In this document: positions 24,127 to 34,936 of the stretch, piece after piece | How positions within the stretch are numbered: position 1 is the first letter of the stretch | Layout: each line of letters begins with the position of its first letter | DNA from: an uncultured Gemmatimonadaceae bacterium | GTDB taxonomy: Bacteria > Gemmatimonadota > Gemmatimonadetes > Gemmatimonadales > Gemmatimonadaceae | Direction: 5' to 3' | Length of the DNA stretch: 64,000 nt | Assembly: GCA_963829055.1 (NCBI GenBank) | Contig: CAWHHI010000011.1 | Coordinates: 96,001 to 160,000 of the forward strand | Notes under the pieces: generated by a model | Seen by the model: only the letters and a program-made list of their open reading frames with translations | Told to the model about the DNA's origin: nothing | Database searches by the model: none | Translations under genes and position numbers: made by a program

Positions 24127-24237
24127 GGCGCAGGCGCAGAGGGGGCTGAGTTGACGGGCTGCGCAATATGCGCTTTGGATCCCGGTGCGCGTAATGCGTT
24201 CGCATTCGGGCATTATCGCTCACGCATCATCGCGCCG

Positions 24238-24470
24238 GGGCCGGTGGGAACTACGATTTTGCGGATGACACGGAAAACGGCCGGATACGACTTTGCATGG
24301 ACGCTGGCTCATCGCCGGACTCTGAAATAATGGGAACGGCCGCTCGGGACGCCATTGCGTCCCGAGCGGCCGTTCCCAAGAAATCCCGGCTCGTTGCGTG
24401 AGGAGCCGGACCTACCGAGCGGTATCCTGATTCTTCCGTTTCATCCGCAAAATCGTAGTTCCCACCGGCC
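24238..24470. repeat. MITE-like repeat family B, complete copy with ~30-bp terminal inverted repeats
   Basis: GGCCGGTGGGAACTACGATTTTGCGGATGA ... TCATCCGCAAAATCGTAGTTCCCACCGGCC with a central hairpin. Confidence 0.88.
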
Positions 24471-24533
24471 GCTTGCGCGACGCAACAGTACAGATTTGGA
24501 TCACCAGTCGTCCCTACGGACTGAACAGGCGTA

Positions 24534-25640
24534 ATGAGAGTCGCACGACCGAGGCCAGCACATGCACTCATCGACGAAACCGGGATTCGATGGGTATCCG
24601 CGATCATCACAATCGCGATCGCGGCCGCCACCGCGTGCCAACAGGCGCCCAGCAAGCCTGCGATCGAATCGAAGGTCGTCTACTCGGACGCCTTCACGAT
24701 CGACACCATGTGGTCATCGATGCAGGGGCCGTATCGCGTGATGAAGGTCGAGCTCACGGACAGCACGACCCACGATCTCGTGTGGGTCGTCGGTTACGAC
24801 GCGGCCATCGTCGACGCGGACACGCGCGCGCCAAAGTCATCGGAGTTCATGTGCCACTCCAATGTCGACCTCGACATGGCTCGGCATCGACAGATCTTCG
24901 GCTGGGAGAAGTATCCGAGCCGGCGGCTGTTCACGTTGAGTGAAGGGCAGACGAACGTGCAGCTCCCCGAAGGCTTCGGGATCCCGCTCCGCTCGGACGA
25001 GCCACTGTCCGTGACGGCGCAGGTGCTGAATCACAACTATCATGGTCCGGCCATCCGCGTCAGGCAGCGCGTGACGGTGCACTTCATCCGCGATCGCGCG
25101 CTCAAGCATTCACTGATTCCTCTGTATCAGCGCGGCGTCAATACGCTCGTGCGACTGGACGGCCCCGACGGCGCGTTCAACACCGAGGTCGACGAGCACG
25201 CCATGCACGATCACGGCGGCGCCGAAGGCATGGCAGCGGACACGATGCCGTATCACGATCGCGAGGGCCGCACGTTCGCGGGCCACTGGGTCGTGAAGCC
25301 GGGCCGAGAGGTGCGGACGACGCCGATCAATGGCTGGCTGCAGATGAAGGAAGACATGAAGATCCACTACGTGAGCGTGCACCTCCACCCGTTCGCCGAA
25401 TCGCTCGAGCTCCGCGATGCGACGACGGGAAAGACGCTGCTCGCGAGCGCCGCGGAGAATCGACCGGAGCGCATCGGGCTCGCGCGCGTCGATCAGATCG
25501 CGTCACGTGAAGGGATCACGCTACACAAGGATCACGAGTACGAGCTCGTGAGTGCCTACAACAACACGAGCGGCGGCAACCGGACCGCCATGGCCGTCAT
25601 GTACCTGTACGTCGAGGACACGGAGTTCAAGCGCAGGTAG
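24534..25640 (+). CDS. Exported His/Met-rich protein, possibly copper type II monooxygenase-like
   Basis: Signal/lipobox-like AAATAC; MCHSN, VLNHNY, VHLHP and AMAVMYLY motifs; start uncertain. Confidence 0.5.
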   Translation: MRVARPRPAHALIDETGIRWVSAIITIAIAAATACQQAPSKPAIESKVVYSDAFTIDTMWSSMQGPYRVMKVELTDSTTHDLVWVVGYDAAIVDADTRAPKSSEFMCHSNVDLDMARHRQIFGWEKYPSRRLFTLSEGQTNVQLPEGFGIPLRSDEPLSVTAQVLNHNYHGPAIRVRQRVTVHFIRDRALKHSLIPLYQRGVNTLVRLDGPDGAFNTEVDEHAMHDHGGAEGMAADTMPYHDREGRTFAGHWVVKPGREVRTTPINGWLQMKEDMKIHYVSVHLHPFAESLELRDATTGKTLLASAAENRPERIGLARVDQIASREGITLHKDHEYELVSAYNNTSGGNRTAMAVMYLYVEDTEFKRR

Positions 25641-25776
25641 GGCCCCACCCGACCAGCGACCAGCTCCATCCCAGCGGCAGACTGGACTTTCTATTCGTCC
25701 CGCCTAACGGTCGTCTCGTCACCGCGCGTCACGACTCGCAGATCGCGAACAGCGCGCGCGGTGCCCGCGCCGCATC

Positions 25777-26259
25777 TTGGAAGCGTCCAGGACCGTCCAC
25801 CTCCATTCAAGGGCGCCGGCCGTGCCGATTTCGTTCACTATCGAGCCAACCACCGGGCTGCTGCGAACCGTCATCACCGGGCGGTTCAGCCGCGATGACA
25901 TGGTTGGGTATACGAACCAGATACGCTCGCATCCCTCGCTCGATCGTGTCGAGCGACGACTCGTGGACGTACGCCCGTCCGCGCTCGTGACGGCGGATGA
26001 GTTGCTCGAGCTCCTCGTGCTCGAGCACGATGTCGCCGGCAGTACGCGTCGCACGGACCGTCGCGCGATCCTGCTCAGCTCGGACAGCGGGCCGGCGCTC
26101 GGCCGCGAGCTGGTGGTGGCGGATCGCCGACATTCGGGAGTGCCGATCGCGTATCGCGTCTTCCGATCGGCAGCGCACGCATACCGCTATCTGCACGTCG
26201 AGCCGTCTCGGCTGGTGAACGCGAGACAGAGGCAGCCGATCGGGCGCCATGTGAACTGA
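25777..26259 (+). CDS. Hypothetical small protein (SpoIIAA/STAS-SEC14-like)
   Basis: ISFTIEP..LRTVITG, RRAIL, YRVFRSAAHAYRYL pattern; probable start ~25822. Confidence 0.5.
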   Translation: MEASRTVHLHSRAPAVPISFTIEPTTGLLRTVITGRFSRDDMVGYTNQIRSHPSLDRVERRLVDVRPSALVTADELLELLVLEHDVAGSTRRTDRRAILLSSDSGPALGRELVVADRRHSGVPIAYRVFRSAAHAYRYLHVEPSRLVNARQRQPIGRHVN

Positions 26260-26438
26260 CCGGCCGCGCGCACTTGGGCTCGGCGGTGCAGATCGCCTGA
26301 AGGAAGGCCCGGAGTATCTGGGGTCGCAATGCCGGTTGCCGGTGGGCTGTCACCGCCCGGTTGTCATCCTGAGCACAGCGGCCGATCTTCTCGGGCGTCA
26401 CCCCTTCCCGCGCTGCCCACGCCATTCGTGCCCGCCGC

Positions 26439-28422
26439 ATGATCAACCCAGCCGCCGAGTGGCTCGAGGCCGACGGGCTCGGCGGCTTCGCGTTTGGTCG
26501 CGCCGACGGCGTGCGCACGCGGCGATATCACGCCACGCTGGCAGTCGCGACCACGCCGCCTACCGGACGCGTCGTGCTCGTGAACGGCTACGACGCCTGG
26601 ATCGAGACCAGAGAGGGACGGTTCGCCATCTCATCGCAGCGGTACACGCCCGACGTGACGCACCCGGACGGCGCCGCTCGCATCGCGCGATTCACGCGCG
26701 ACCCGTGGCCCACGTGGACCTACGTGCTGCCTAACGGGATCGAGGTGATCCACGAGCTCGTCGCGGTTCGCGGTGCACCGGTCGTTGCGCTCTCGTGGCG
26801 CGTGAATCGCCAGGATGACGCACGCCTCATCGTCCAGCCGTACCTCTCCGGACGCGACATCCATGCGCTGCACCACGAAAACAGCGCATTTCGGTTCGAC
26901 GCACGGGTCGATGGGCACCGTGTCGCCTGGCAGCCGTATTCCACGCTACCGCCCGTCGTCGCGCTGGCGAGCGGCGACTACGAAGCAGACCCGGCGTGGT
27001 ACCGTCAATTCCAGTATGACGAGGAGCGCGCGCGCGGCCAGGACTTCGTCGAGGATCTCGCGATGCCTGGGCGCTTCACATTCTCCCTGAGGCAGCGCGC
27101 CGTGCTCGCGTTAGGTGCAGGTTCCGGTGCGGGTGAGCCGCATCGTACTCGATCTACTCTCCGCATCGCCGGAGCAATGCTGGGACTCGATCGGGACGAG
27201 CGAACGCCAACGGCGCGCGTCGTTCCCGTCCGCACTGCACCGAGCCGCCGACGACTACATAGTCGCGCGCGGCGCCGGAAAGACGATCATCGCCGGATAC
27301 CCGTGGTTCTCGGACTGGGGCCGCGACACGTTCATCGCGATGCGCGGTCTCTGCATCGCGGGCTCGGAGGCAGGCCGGCGACTCGACGACGCCCGCGAGA
27401 TCCTGCTCGAGTGGGCCGAGCATGTGAGCCACGGCATGCTGCCGAACTTTTTCCCGGAGGGCGGGAAGGCCGCCGAGTACAACTCGGTGGACGCATCGCT
27501 CTGGTATGTCATCGCCGTCTACGACTTTCTGAGTCGAGCTTCGTCGGCGCGTCCCGTCGCAGCGGCCGATCGACGCACGCTGCTCGGAGCGGTCGACGCC
27601 ATCGTGAACGGCTATGCCCGAGGCACTCGTTATGGAATCCGCGCCGACGGCACTGGTCTTCTCGCCGCCGGCGAGATGGGCGTCCAGCTCACGTGGATGG
27701 ACGCGAAGGTCGGTGACTGGGTCGTGACTCCGCGCATTGGTAAGCCGGTCGAGATCCAGGCGCTATGGATCAACGCCCTTCGTATGGCGGGACAACGATC
27801 CGATCGCTGGGCCGCGCTCGCGACGCTCGCGCAGGCGACGTTCGCGGAGCGGTTCTGGAATGACGAGCGCGGCTTCCTGTTCGATGTCGTCGACGTCGAT
27901 CATACGGACGGCGTGAACGACGCGAGCCTGCGTCCGAATCAGATCTTCGCCGTTGGCGGTCTCCCGTTCCCGATCCTCGACGGAGAACGCGCTCGACGCG
28001 TCGTGGACATCGTCGAGCATCAGCTCTGGACGCCGGCTGGCCTTCGCTCGTTAGGCCGCACCGAGCCGGGGTACACTGGTCAGTACCGCGGCACCGCCCG
28101 TGAGCGCGACGGGGCGTACCATCAGGGTACGGTGTGGCCGTGGCTCATTGGCGCATTTGTCGAGGCGTGGCTCCGCGTTCGTGGAGACACCGCGGACAAC
28201 CGGCGTGAAGCGCGCAGGCGGTTCCTCGATCCGCTGCTCCGGCACTTCGACGCGAGCGCGCCGGGACACGTGGGCGAGATCGCGGACGGCGACGCCCCGT
28301 ACCGCGCACAGGGATGTCCGTTTCAGGCGTGGTCGGTGGGTGAGGCGCTGCGACTGAGCGAGGAGGTCCTGCGCGAGCCAAGCGAATCACCGAACGCGAG
28401 CGCGCCGGGCAGAAACCGCTGA
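26439..28422 (+). CDS. Glycogen debranching enzyme (amylo-alpha-1,6-glucosidase), frameshift near 27120
   Basis: EWLEADGLGGF, TRRYH, IAGYPWFSDWGRDTFI, TWMDAK, YHQGTVWPWL, QAWSV. Confidence 0.93.
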
Positions 28423-29198
28423 TACAGCCGACGAGCGAGCACGCGGGCCTTCACTCCCGCCCATCGCGGCGGAAGCATCGACGCCGGCAACTCGGGGTCC
28501 TTCCACGCGACCTCGAGAAACGAGAGGACGACCGCGAACCGGAGCCCGAACTGCGTCGCGAGCGGGATCGTCGCCGCACGCCGACGGCCAAGCGGGTCGA
28601 AGCGTCGCAGGAACACAGCGTATTCCTCGCCGAGTCGCTCGAGGTCCCAGTAGGCGTAGGCGAAGTCGCGGTCGGAAACACCGTGGATCTTGTCGGCGCG
28701 AAATGCCGTCACGAACTCGGCGACGCCAAGATCGCCGACCGCTCGGCGAAGGCGCTCGGCGCGATCGCGGGCGTGGACGTAGGTGCCGTTGCCCAGCGGA
28801 GCAAAGCCTTCGACCTGGAGGATGTTCCGCACGCGCTCGCGCTCCAGGCGCATCTCCGTCGGAAAGCGCGTGAGCACGAGCGTCCAGTAGCCGTCCCATC
28901 CCGTTTCGGGCGTCGCGAAGATCTTCTGCACGCCGGCACCAATCTCGGCGCGCGCGTACGGGGACGCCTTGTACATCTTCACTCGACCGACCCGTCGGCT
29001 GATGAGCTCTTCGTCGCGTTCCATGCGAAAGAGCGTCTGGCGGACCGCGGCGGGCGAGACGCCTAACGACTCGAGGGCGGCGACGAACCAGGTGCCGGCG
29101 ACTTCCCCACCTCGCCGGTCGCCATAGAAGCTCAGCGCCGAGTAGATGAGGTAACTGACCGGAGCATCGGTGACGGTGGACAGCAGGGCGTCGAACAT
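28323..29198 (-). CDS. PaaX family transcriptional regulator
   Basis: AVRQTLFRM wHTH, WDGYWTLV, WDLERL, DPELPASMLP. Confidence 0.88.
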   Translation of the reverse strand: MFDALLSTVTDAPVSYLIYSALSFYGDRRGGEVAGTWFVAALESLGVSPAAVRQTLFRMERDEELISRRVGRVKMYKASPYARAEIGAGVQKIFATPETGWDGYWTLVLTRFPTEMRLERERVRNILQVEGFAPLGNGTYVHARDRAERLRRAVGDLGVAEFVTAFRADKIHGVSDRDFAYAYWDLERLGEEYAVFLRRFDPLGRRRAATIPLATQFGLRFAVVLSFLEVAWKDPELPASMLPPRWAGVKARVLARRLYQRFLPGALAFGDSLGSRRTSSLSRSASPTDHA

Positions 29199-29203
29199 AG
29201 CGG

Positions 29204-29329
29204 ATGTTGAGGGCAGGCGGTGCAGGCCCTATAGCCAGATTTGGCAAAGAGCAGGCTTACGTAACGGGCGAGCGGCCTAGCGCGTTTGCCAAATCTGGCT
29301 ACGGGGCCGGAACCGCCTGCCCTCAACAT
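29204..29329. repeat. 45-bp inverted repeat (41/45 identity) directly upstream of the PaaX-like gene
   Basis: ATGTTGAGGGCAGGCGGT...GCCAGATTTGGCAAA (29204-29248) versus its reverse complement at 29285-29329. Confidence 0.9.
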
Positions 29330-29457
29330 TGCTGACGCGTTCCACCAGTGTGCTGCCAGCTCGGCTAGTCACACTACAGTTGACAATATTGCGTCTTTCG
29401 CCGACCGTCTGGTAAGTGTCCACGCTGTAGAAGATCGGAGTCACTCGGTCCACCGCC

Positions 29458-30831
29458 ATGATCGTCGCTCGCACCGCTGTCGCCGGCATCATTGCCGGCT
29501 CGCTCTACGCTCTCGCCGGCGATGTGCCGTCGCGAGACGCGCAACACCAGGCCGACGCGCCGTTGGCTATCGTGGACGTCACCGTCATTCCCGTCGTCAC
29601 CGCGGGAACGCTCCCGCGTCAGACGGTGCTGATTCGAGACGGCAGAATCATCGCCGTCGGGCCCAGAGCGTCGGTTCGCCTTCCCGGCAATGCACGTGTG
29701 ATCGATGGGCGAGGGAAGTTTCTCGTCCCGGGTCTCGTTGACGCGCACGTTCATCTCGAAGAAGTGGCCGACCTCCCGCAGTTCGTCGCAGCGGGCGTGA
29801 CGACCGTTCGTGATCTCATGGGTTCTCCAGAAACGCTCGCGTGGCGCAAGAACACCGCTGACGGAACGGTGGTCGGCCCTCGCGTCATTGCCGCCGGGCC
29901 GCTGTTCGCCGGCCCTCAGGTCCCGTGGCGGAAGAAGTTCGTGACGGAGGATCCCGACTCGGCCCGTGCCGAGGTGCGGCGTCAACACGCGGCGGGCTAT
30001 GACCTGGTGAAGATCTACGACGGACTCACCGCGCCAGTGTACGCGGCGGTGATGGACGAGGTGCACGCGCTCGGAATCACGGCGACCGGCCACATTCCCG
30101 CGGCTGTGCACCTGAGCGGCGTGCTCGCCGCGAAGCAGAATCTCGAGCACACGGACAAGATCGCGTTCGACGTGTTCAATGGCACACCCGATACGACGCG
30201 TATCGATTCCGTGGCTCGGGCGATCGCAGCGGCAGGCGTATTCGTGACGCCGACCATCGCGAGCATGCAGCAACTGGCGCGTGTCGGGTCGGGCGCATTC
30301 GATTCGCTGCTCGCGCGGCCCGAAGCGCGGCGCGCGGGTCCGGTGACGCTCGACGTCTGGTGCACGTACACGGTGCGGCTGCGCGGCACCCGCACGGTAC
30401 CAGCGGGGACTCGCTACAACCGCGGGACCGACTTTCAGATGAGGATCGTGGACGCGGAGCGGCGGGCGGGCGTCGCGATACTCGCGGGAACCGACTACCC
30501 GAACGCGATGCTCGCGCCTGGTGGAAGTCTGATCGAGGAGATGATCGCGTTGCGCGAGGCCGGCCTCTCGAGCGCCGATGCACTCCGCGCGGCGACGCTC
30601 ACGGCCGGGCGCGCGATTGGCGATAGCACCTCGGGGCTGATCAGGGCGGGAGCGCGCGCCGATCTCGTTCTCGTCGGCGGCAATCCCCTGGACGATCTGC
30701 ACGCGCTCTCCCGAGTGGACGCCGTGGTTCTGAATGGCCGCTGGCTCTCGCGCGCAGTTCTCGACTCGATTGCGCCGCTTCCTGCCGCTGCGCCCAGTTG
30801 CCCTGGAAGCGCGCCGCGGTCGTTCGAGTGA
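29458..30831 (+). CDS. Exported amidohydrolase family protein
   Basis: PGLVDAHVH, GVTTVRD, AGTD, GARADLVL. Confidence 0.92.
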   Translation: MIVARTAVAGIIAGSLYALAGDVPSRDAQHQADAPLAIVDVTVIPVVTAGTLPRQTVLIRDGRIIAVGPRASVRLPGNARVIDGRGKFLVPGLVDAHVHLEEVADLPQFVAAGVTTVRDLMGSPETLAWRKNTADGTVVGPRVIAAGPLFAGPQVPWRKKFVTEDPDSARAEVRRQHAAGYDLVKIYDGLTAPVYAAVMDEVHALGITATGHIPAAVHLSGVLAAKQNLEHTDKIAFDVFNGTPDTTRIDSVARAIAAAGVFVTPTIASMQQLARVGSGAFDSLLARPEARRAGPVTLDVWCTYTVRLRGTRTVPAGTRYNRGTDFQMRIVDAERRAGVAILAGTDYPNAMLAPGGSLIEEMIALREAGLSSADALRAATLTAGRAIGDSTSGLIRAGARADLVLVGGNPLDDLHALSRVDAVVLNGRWLSRAVLDSIAPLPAAAPSCPGSAPRSFE

Positions 30832-30834
30832 GTT

Positions 30835-30952
30835 GTCATTCCGAGCGAGCGAAGCGAGTCGAGGAATCGCGATTGTGATGGGTAGAGGGCCCTCTATCCG
30901 TATGATCGCGATTCCTCGACTGCGCCGCTCCGCGGCTCCGCTCGGAATGACA
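30835..30952. repeat. REP-like palindrome family A variant
   Basis: GTCATTCCGAGCG..GTCGAGGAATCGCGAT / ATCGCGATTCCTCGAC..CGCTCGGAATGAC. Confidence 0.85.
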
Positions 30953-31068
30953 ACGCGCTCGTCCCCGCTTTGCGACGAGCGGGCCCACCGACGCTGACGC
31001 AGCCCAATGACCGCGCGATAGATTCGGCATACGCGTTCGATCTACTGCCGCCTCCTCCGGAGAGCTGA

Positions 31069-33481
31069 ATGGACCGCGTCAGGCACGACATCCGCTTCGC
31101 CCTCCGCGGCTTCCGCCGCTCACCGTCGTTCACGATCACGTCCGTTCTGATCCTCGCCATTGGAATCGGCATGGCCGTGGCGATGTTCACCGTGTTCGAC
31201 GCGGTCGTCATCCGCCCGCTGCCCGTCACCAGCCCCGACCGGGTGGTGGAGCTGTTCACGTACAAGGGCGACCCCAACACCGACTACTACGTCCTGCGCG
31301 AGGATCTGACGAAGGTCGCCGCCACGAGCAAGACGATGCGTGACGTCGCGGGCGTAGCGCACTGGGGCGCGCCCTCCGCGCCGCTCGTCGACGGCGACCG
31401 GCCGCTCGTGCTCAATCGGACGCTCGTCACCGGCAACTTCTTCAACGTGTTAGGCACGCGACCGCTGCTCGGCCGGCTGGTGCAGCCGAGCGACGAGGCG
31501 CCCGGCGCGGAGCTCGTGCTCGTGCTGAGCTACGGCGCGTGGCGGAAACACTTCGGTGGCGACCCGAAGATCGTCGGACGCCGGCTGATGGAGCCGTACG
31601 GCCGCAAGGATTACCGGGTCATCGGAGTCGCGCAGCCGGGGCTCGAGTACCCTGCAGCGGTCGACGTCTGGATGCCGGCGTGGCAGCCATCGGCCAACCT
31701 GTCGGTCATCGCCGTCGCGCGGCTCGCACCTAACGCGACGCCGCGGATGGCGCAGAGCGAGTTTCTGCGGATCATGAAGAGCCTGTCCGCGGACCGCGAG
31801 TACGACGGCGCGCACGTCGAGACGTTCACGCACGCGGTGGTCGGCGATGTGCAGCCCATCCTCGTCGTGCTGGCTGCCGCGGTTGGTCTCCTGCTCCTCA
31901 TCGCGTGCGTCAACGTCGGCAACCTGCTACTCCTCCGCGCAGCCAGTCGCGCCCGCGAGCTCTCGGTCCGGCGCGCGCTCGGCGCAACGTACGGCGACGT
32001 CGTACGGCAGCTCGTGGTCGAAAGCGGATTACTCGGCGTCGCGGGGGGCGTGCTCGGTCTCGCGGTCGCCGGCGCGCTCATCAAGGTGCTCGTCGCGTAC
32101 GCGCCGCCGCAGTTGCCGCGCATGGACGTGATCGGCGTTGCGGGCACGCCTGTCATCATCGCCATTGGGGTCACGCTCGCTGCCGTGCTTGTGTTCGGTG
32201 TTCTGCCGTCATTGCTGGCGTCACGCGGCGACCTCGCGTCGCCGCTGCGGTATGACTCGCGCGCGGGCACCGAGACGCGCGCGCGCCGGCGCATGCGGCA
32301 GGCGCTGGTCGCGTCACAGGTAGCGCTCGCGCTCGTCATGCTCGCCGGCGCGGCACTCCTGGGACGAAGCCTCGAGCGGCTTCAGGGGCTCTCGCTCGGG
32401 TATGATCCGAACCATCTGTCGCTCATCTCGGTCGCCTTTCCGCCGAGCACGTACGCCGACTCGGCAGGGAAGATCGATCAGCCCCGGTTGAACGCGCTCG
32501 GCGATCGGCTCGCGCCGGCCTATCGCGCGGTTCCCGGCGTGACGGCCGTGACGCAGATGCTCGTACCGCCCTTCCTCGGCACGGGGATCTTCGTCGGCCG
32601 GCTGGACCTCGAGGGTCAGACCCCGGAAGAGATGAAAACCAATCCCGTGTACCCGATGGAAGCGGGCGGCGCTGACTACTTCCGGCTCTACGGCATTCCG
32701 ATTCGGCGCGGTCGTGCGTTCACCGAGGCCGACGACGAAAAGGCCGAGAATGTCGCGGTCGTCAGCGAGTCCGCCGCGCGCCGTCTGTGGCCTAACGCGG
32801 ATCCGATCGGCAAGCGCATTCACTTCTGGAGCGCCGATTCCACCGCGCTCCGCACGGTGGTAGGGGTGGCCGGCGACATGCACTATCGATCGCTGCGCGA
32901 GTCGACGGCGGAGATCTACCTGCCGTGGAAGCAATCGTACTGGCAGGGATCGTTCGCGATCCGCACGACGGGCAGCCTCGCGTCCGTGCTCCCTGCCCTG
33001 CGGCGCGCGACGGCCGAAGTGAATCCGCAGTTGACGCTGTGGCAGGCCGACGCGATGGATGACCTGATCGCGAAACCACTGGCGCAGCCGCGCATGAGTG
33101 CGTTGCTGCTCGCGAGCTTCGCGTTCGTGTCGATGCTGCTCGCCGCGATCGGGCTGTATGGCGTGATGGCGGCTTCGGTTCGCGGCAGTATGCGCGAGCT
33201 CGGGGTGCGCTCAGCGTTAGGCGCCTCACCGGAACGCCTGCGGCGTGGCGTGCTCGCCCAGGCGCTGACGGTGACGGGAGCGGGGGCAGTGGTAGGAATC
33301 ATCGCGGCGCTGGCCGCGTCGCAGCTGCTGACGAAGTTGCTGTTCGAGGTGAGCCCGGTGGACCCGATCTCGATCGTTGGCTCGGCTGCTGCTGCTGCTC
33401 GTCGTGGCGCTCATCGCGGCGTACATCCCGGCCCGACACGCGACACGCGTCGATCCAGTGCAAGCATTGCGATCCGACTGA
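31069..33481 (+). CDS. ABC transporter permease (ADOP type), frameshift near 33385
   Basis: DIRFALRGFRRSP, LLIACVNVGNLL, RELGVRSALGA; the canonical PARHATRVDPVQALRSD* end is in another frame. Confidence 0.92.
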
Positions 33482-33548
33482 TCGGCTTGCTGCGAGGACC
33501 TGGGTGTACCCGGCATCTCGACGCACACCCTTTGTTTTCAGTACCGAG

Positions 33549-33704
33549 GGGTCAGTCGTTAGTCATCAGTTTTCAGTCGGAGTCCGTCAGTTGGTAGTAA
33601 ACGCCGAGACATCGCAGACTGGCGGCTCGCCGCGCGAGGCTCGGCAGCCGTAGCCGGCGGATACGGGGACTGAAAACTGAAAACTATGACTGAGTGACTG
33701 ACCC
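33549..33704. repeat. Inverted pair of short tandem repeats
   Basis: GGGTCAGTC..CAGTTTTCAGTC / GACTGAAAACTG..GACTGACCC. Confidence 0.7.
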
Positions 33705-33759
33705 ACTTGGTACTGGCCATGCCGCCGCCGGATAGCCATAAAACGGGCGCTTGCACAAT

Positions 33760-33878
33760 GTCATTCCGAGCGAGCGAGAGCGAGTCGAGGAATCGCGATC
33801 GTCGCTGGTAGAGGGCTCTCTACCTGCGACGCCAGGGATTCCTCGACTCCGGCCCTTCGGCGCTCCGCTCGGAATGAC
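33760..33878. repeat. REP-like palindrome family A variant
   Basis: GTCATTCCGAGCG..GAGTCGAGGAATC / GATTCCTCGACTC..CGCTCGGAATGAC. Confidence 0.85.
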
Positions 33879-33883
33879 TGCCG

Positions 33884-34933
33884 CTACGCGACCGCTGCCG
33901 TTCTTCCTTCCCTAACGAGTGGCATCACCTGCTCCGCGAATCGCTCCATCTCCTCGAGCTGCGGACTGCACTGCAGCAGCAGCAGCGACACGCCCACCTG
34001 CTCGAGCTCGATGATCCGCTCCGCCACCTGCTCCGCCGTCCCCACGAGCCCAGCGCGCAGCCCGCGATTCGAAACGGAGTAGTCCTGCAAGCTCACCTGC
34101 TGCTCGAGCTTCGTGTGCGAGATCCAGTCCTGATAGTTCGCGTAGCCCGGTGAACCCGGCTCGACGTTCGTGATCCGTTCCAGCTCGCGCTTCGCCTCGG
34201 TCTCGGAATCACGCACGATCACGTAGCCCGCGAGCCCATACGTCATGGCCGGGAGACCGAGCTTCTCGCGACGAGCCGCCATGTCGGCGACCTTCGGCGC
34301 GACGCGGTCTGGCGGATCGCCGTGCATCACGTAGGCGTCACACGACCGCGAGATGAGCGACTTCGCCGCCTCCGATTCGCCTCCCGCATAGATCGTCGGT
34401 CGCGGCCGGCGAACCGGCTTCGGCTCGACGATGAGCTCACTCACGTTGTAGTACTTGCCCGCGTAATCGAACTTGGGCTGCTTCCACGCGCCGTCGATGA
34501 CGTCGAGCCACTCGGCCGTTCGTGCATAACGATCGTCGTGCTGATCGAACTGCACGCCGTAGCGGCGCGCCTCGTCGGACCACCACGAGCTGACGACGTT
34601 GAGCGCGAGCCGCCCGTTGCTGATGCGATCGATGTTCGCCGCGTGCTTCGCGAGAATCGCCGGCTGATGGAACGTCGGCCGCACGGCAACCATGAGCTCG
34701 AGCCGATGCGTGATGGCGGCGAGCGCCGCCGCGGTGGACCACGCGTCGAGCGCCGGCGCTTCAATGCCCTTGATGTCGTTCAGAAACAGCTCGGCGATGA
34801 GCGTGAGATCGAAGCCGATCTCTTCGCTGCGCCGAGCGAGGCGGCTCACGTACGCCCACGACGTGTCCATGCGCTCGTCAGGCACGTTGCGGAGCCAGCC
34901 GCCGAAGACGGGAAGCCAGTAGCCGTAGCGCAT
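33884..34933 (-). CDS. LLM-class flavin-dependent monooxygenase (SsuD/SfnG-like)
   Basis: YWLPVFGG, LMVAVRP, GRLALNVVS, YAGGES, LVGTAEQVA. Confidence 0.9.
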   Translation of the reverse strand: MRYGYWLPVFGGWLRNVPDERMDTSWAYVSRLARRSEEIGFDLTLIAELFLNDIKGIEAPALDAWSTAAALAAITHRLELMVAVRPTFHQPAILAKHAANIDRISNGRLALNVVSSWWSDEARRYGVQFDQHDDRYARTAEWLDVIDGAWKQPKFDYAGKYYNVSELIVEPKPVRRPRPTIYAGGESEAAKSLISRSCDAYVMHGDPPDRVAPKVADMAARREKLGLPAMTYGLAGYVIVRDSETEAKRELERITNVEPGSPGYANYQDWISHTKLEQQVSLQDYSVSNRGLRAGLVGTAEQVAERIIELEQVGVSLLLLQCSPQLEEMERFAEQVMPLVREGRTAAVA

Positions 34934-34936
34934 CGG

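Noticed and set aside
28387..29741. Two ORFs beginning with near-identical MPNLA.GP.PPALNI
   Set aside because: Artefact of translating the two arms of the 29204-29329 inverted repeat
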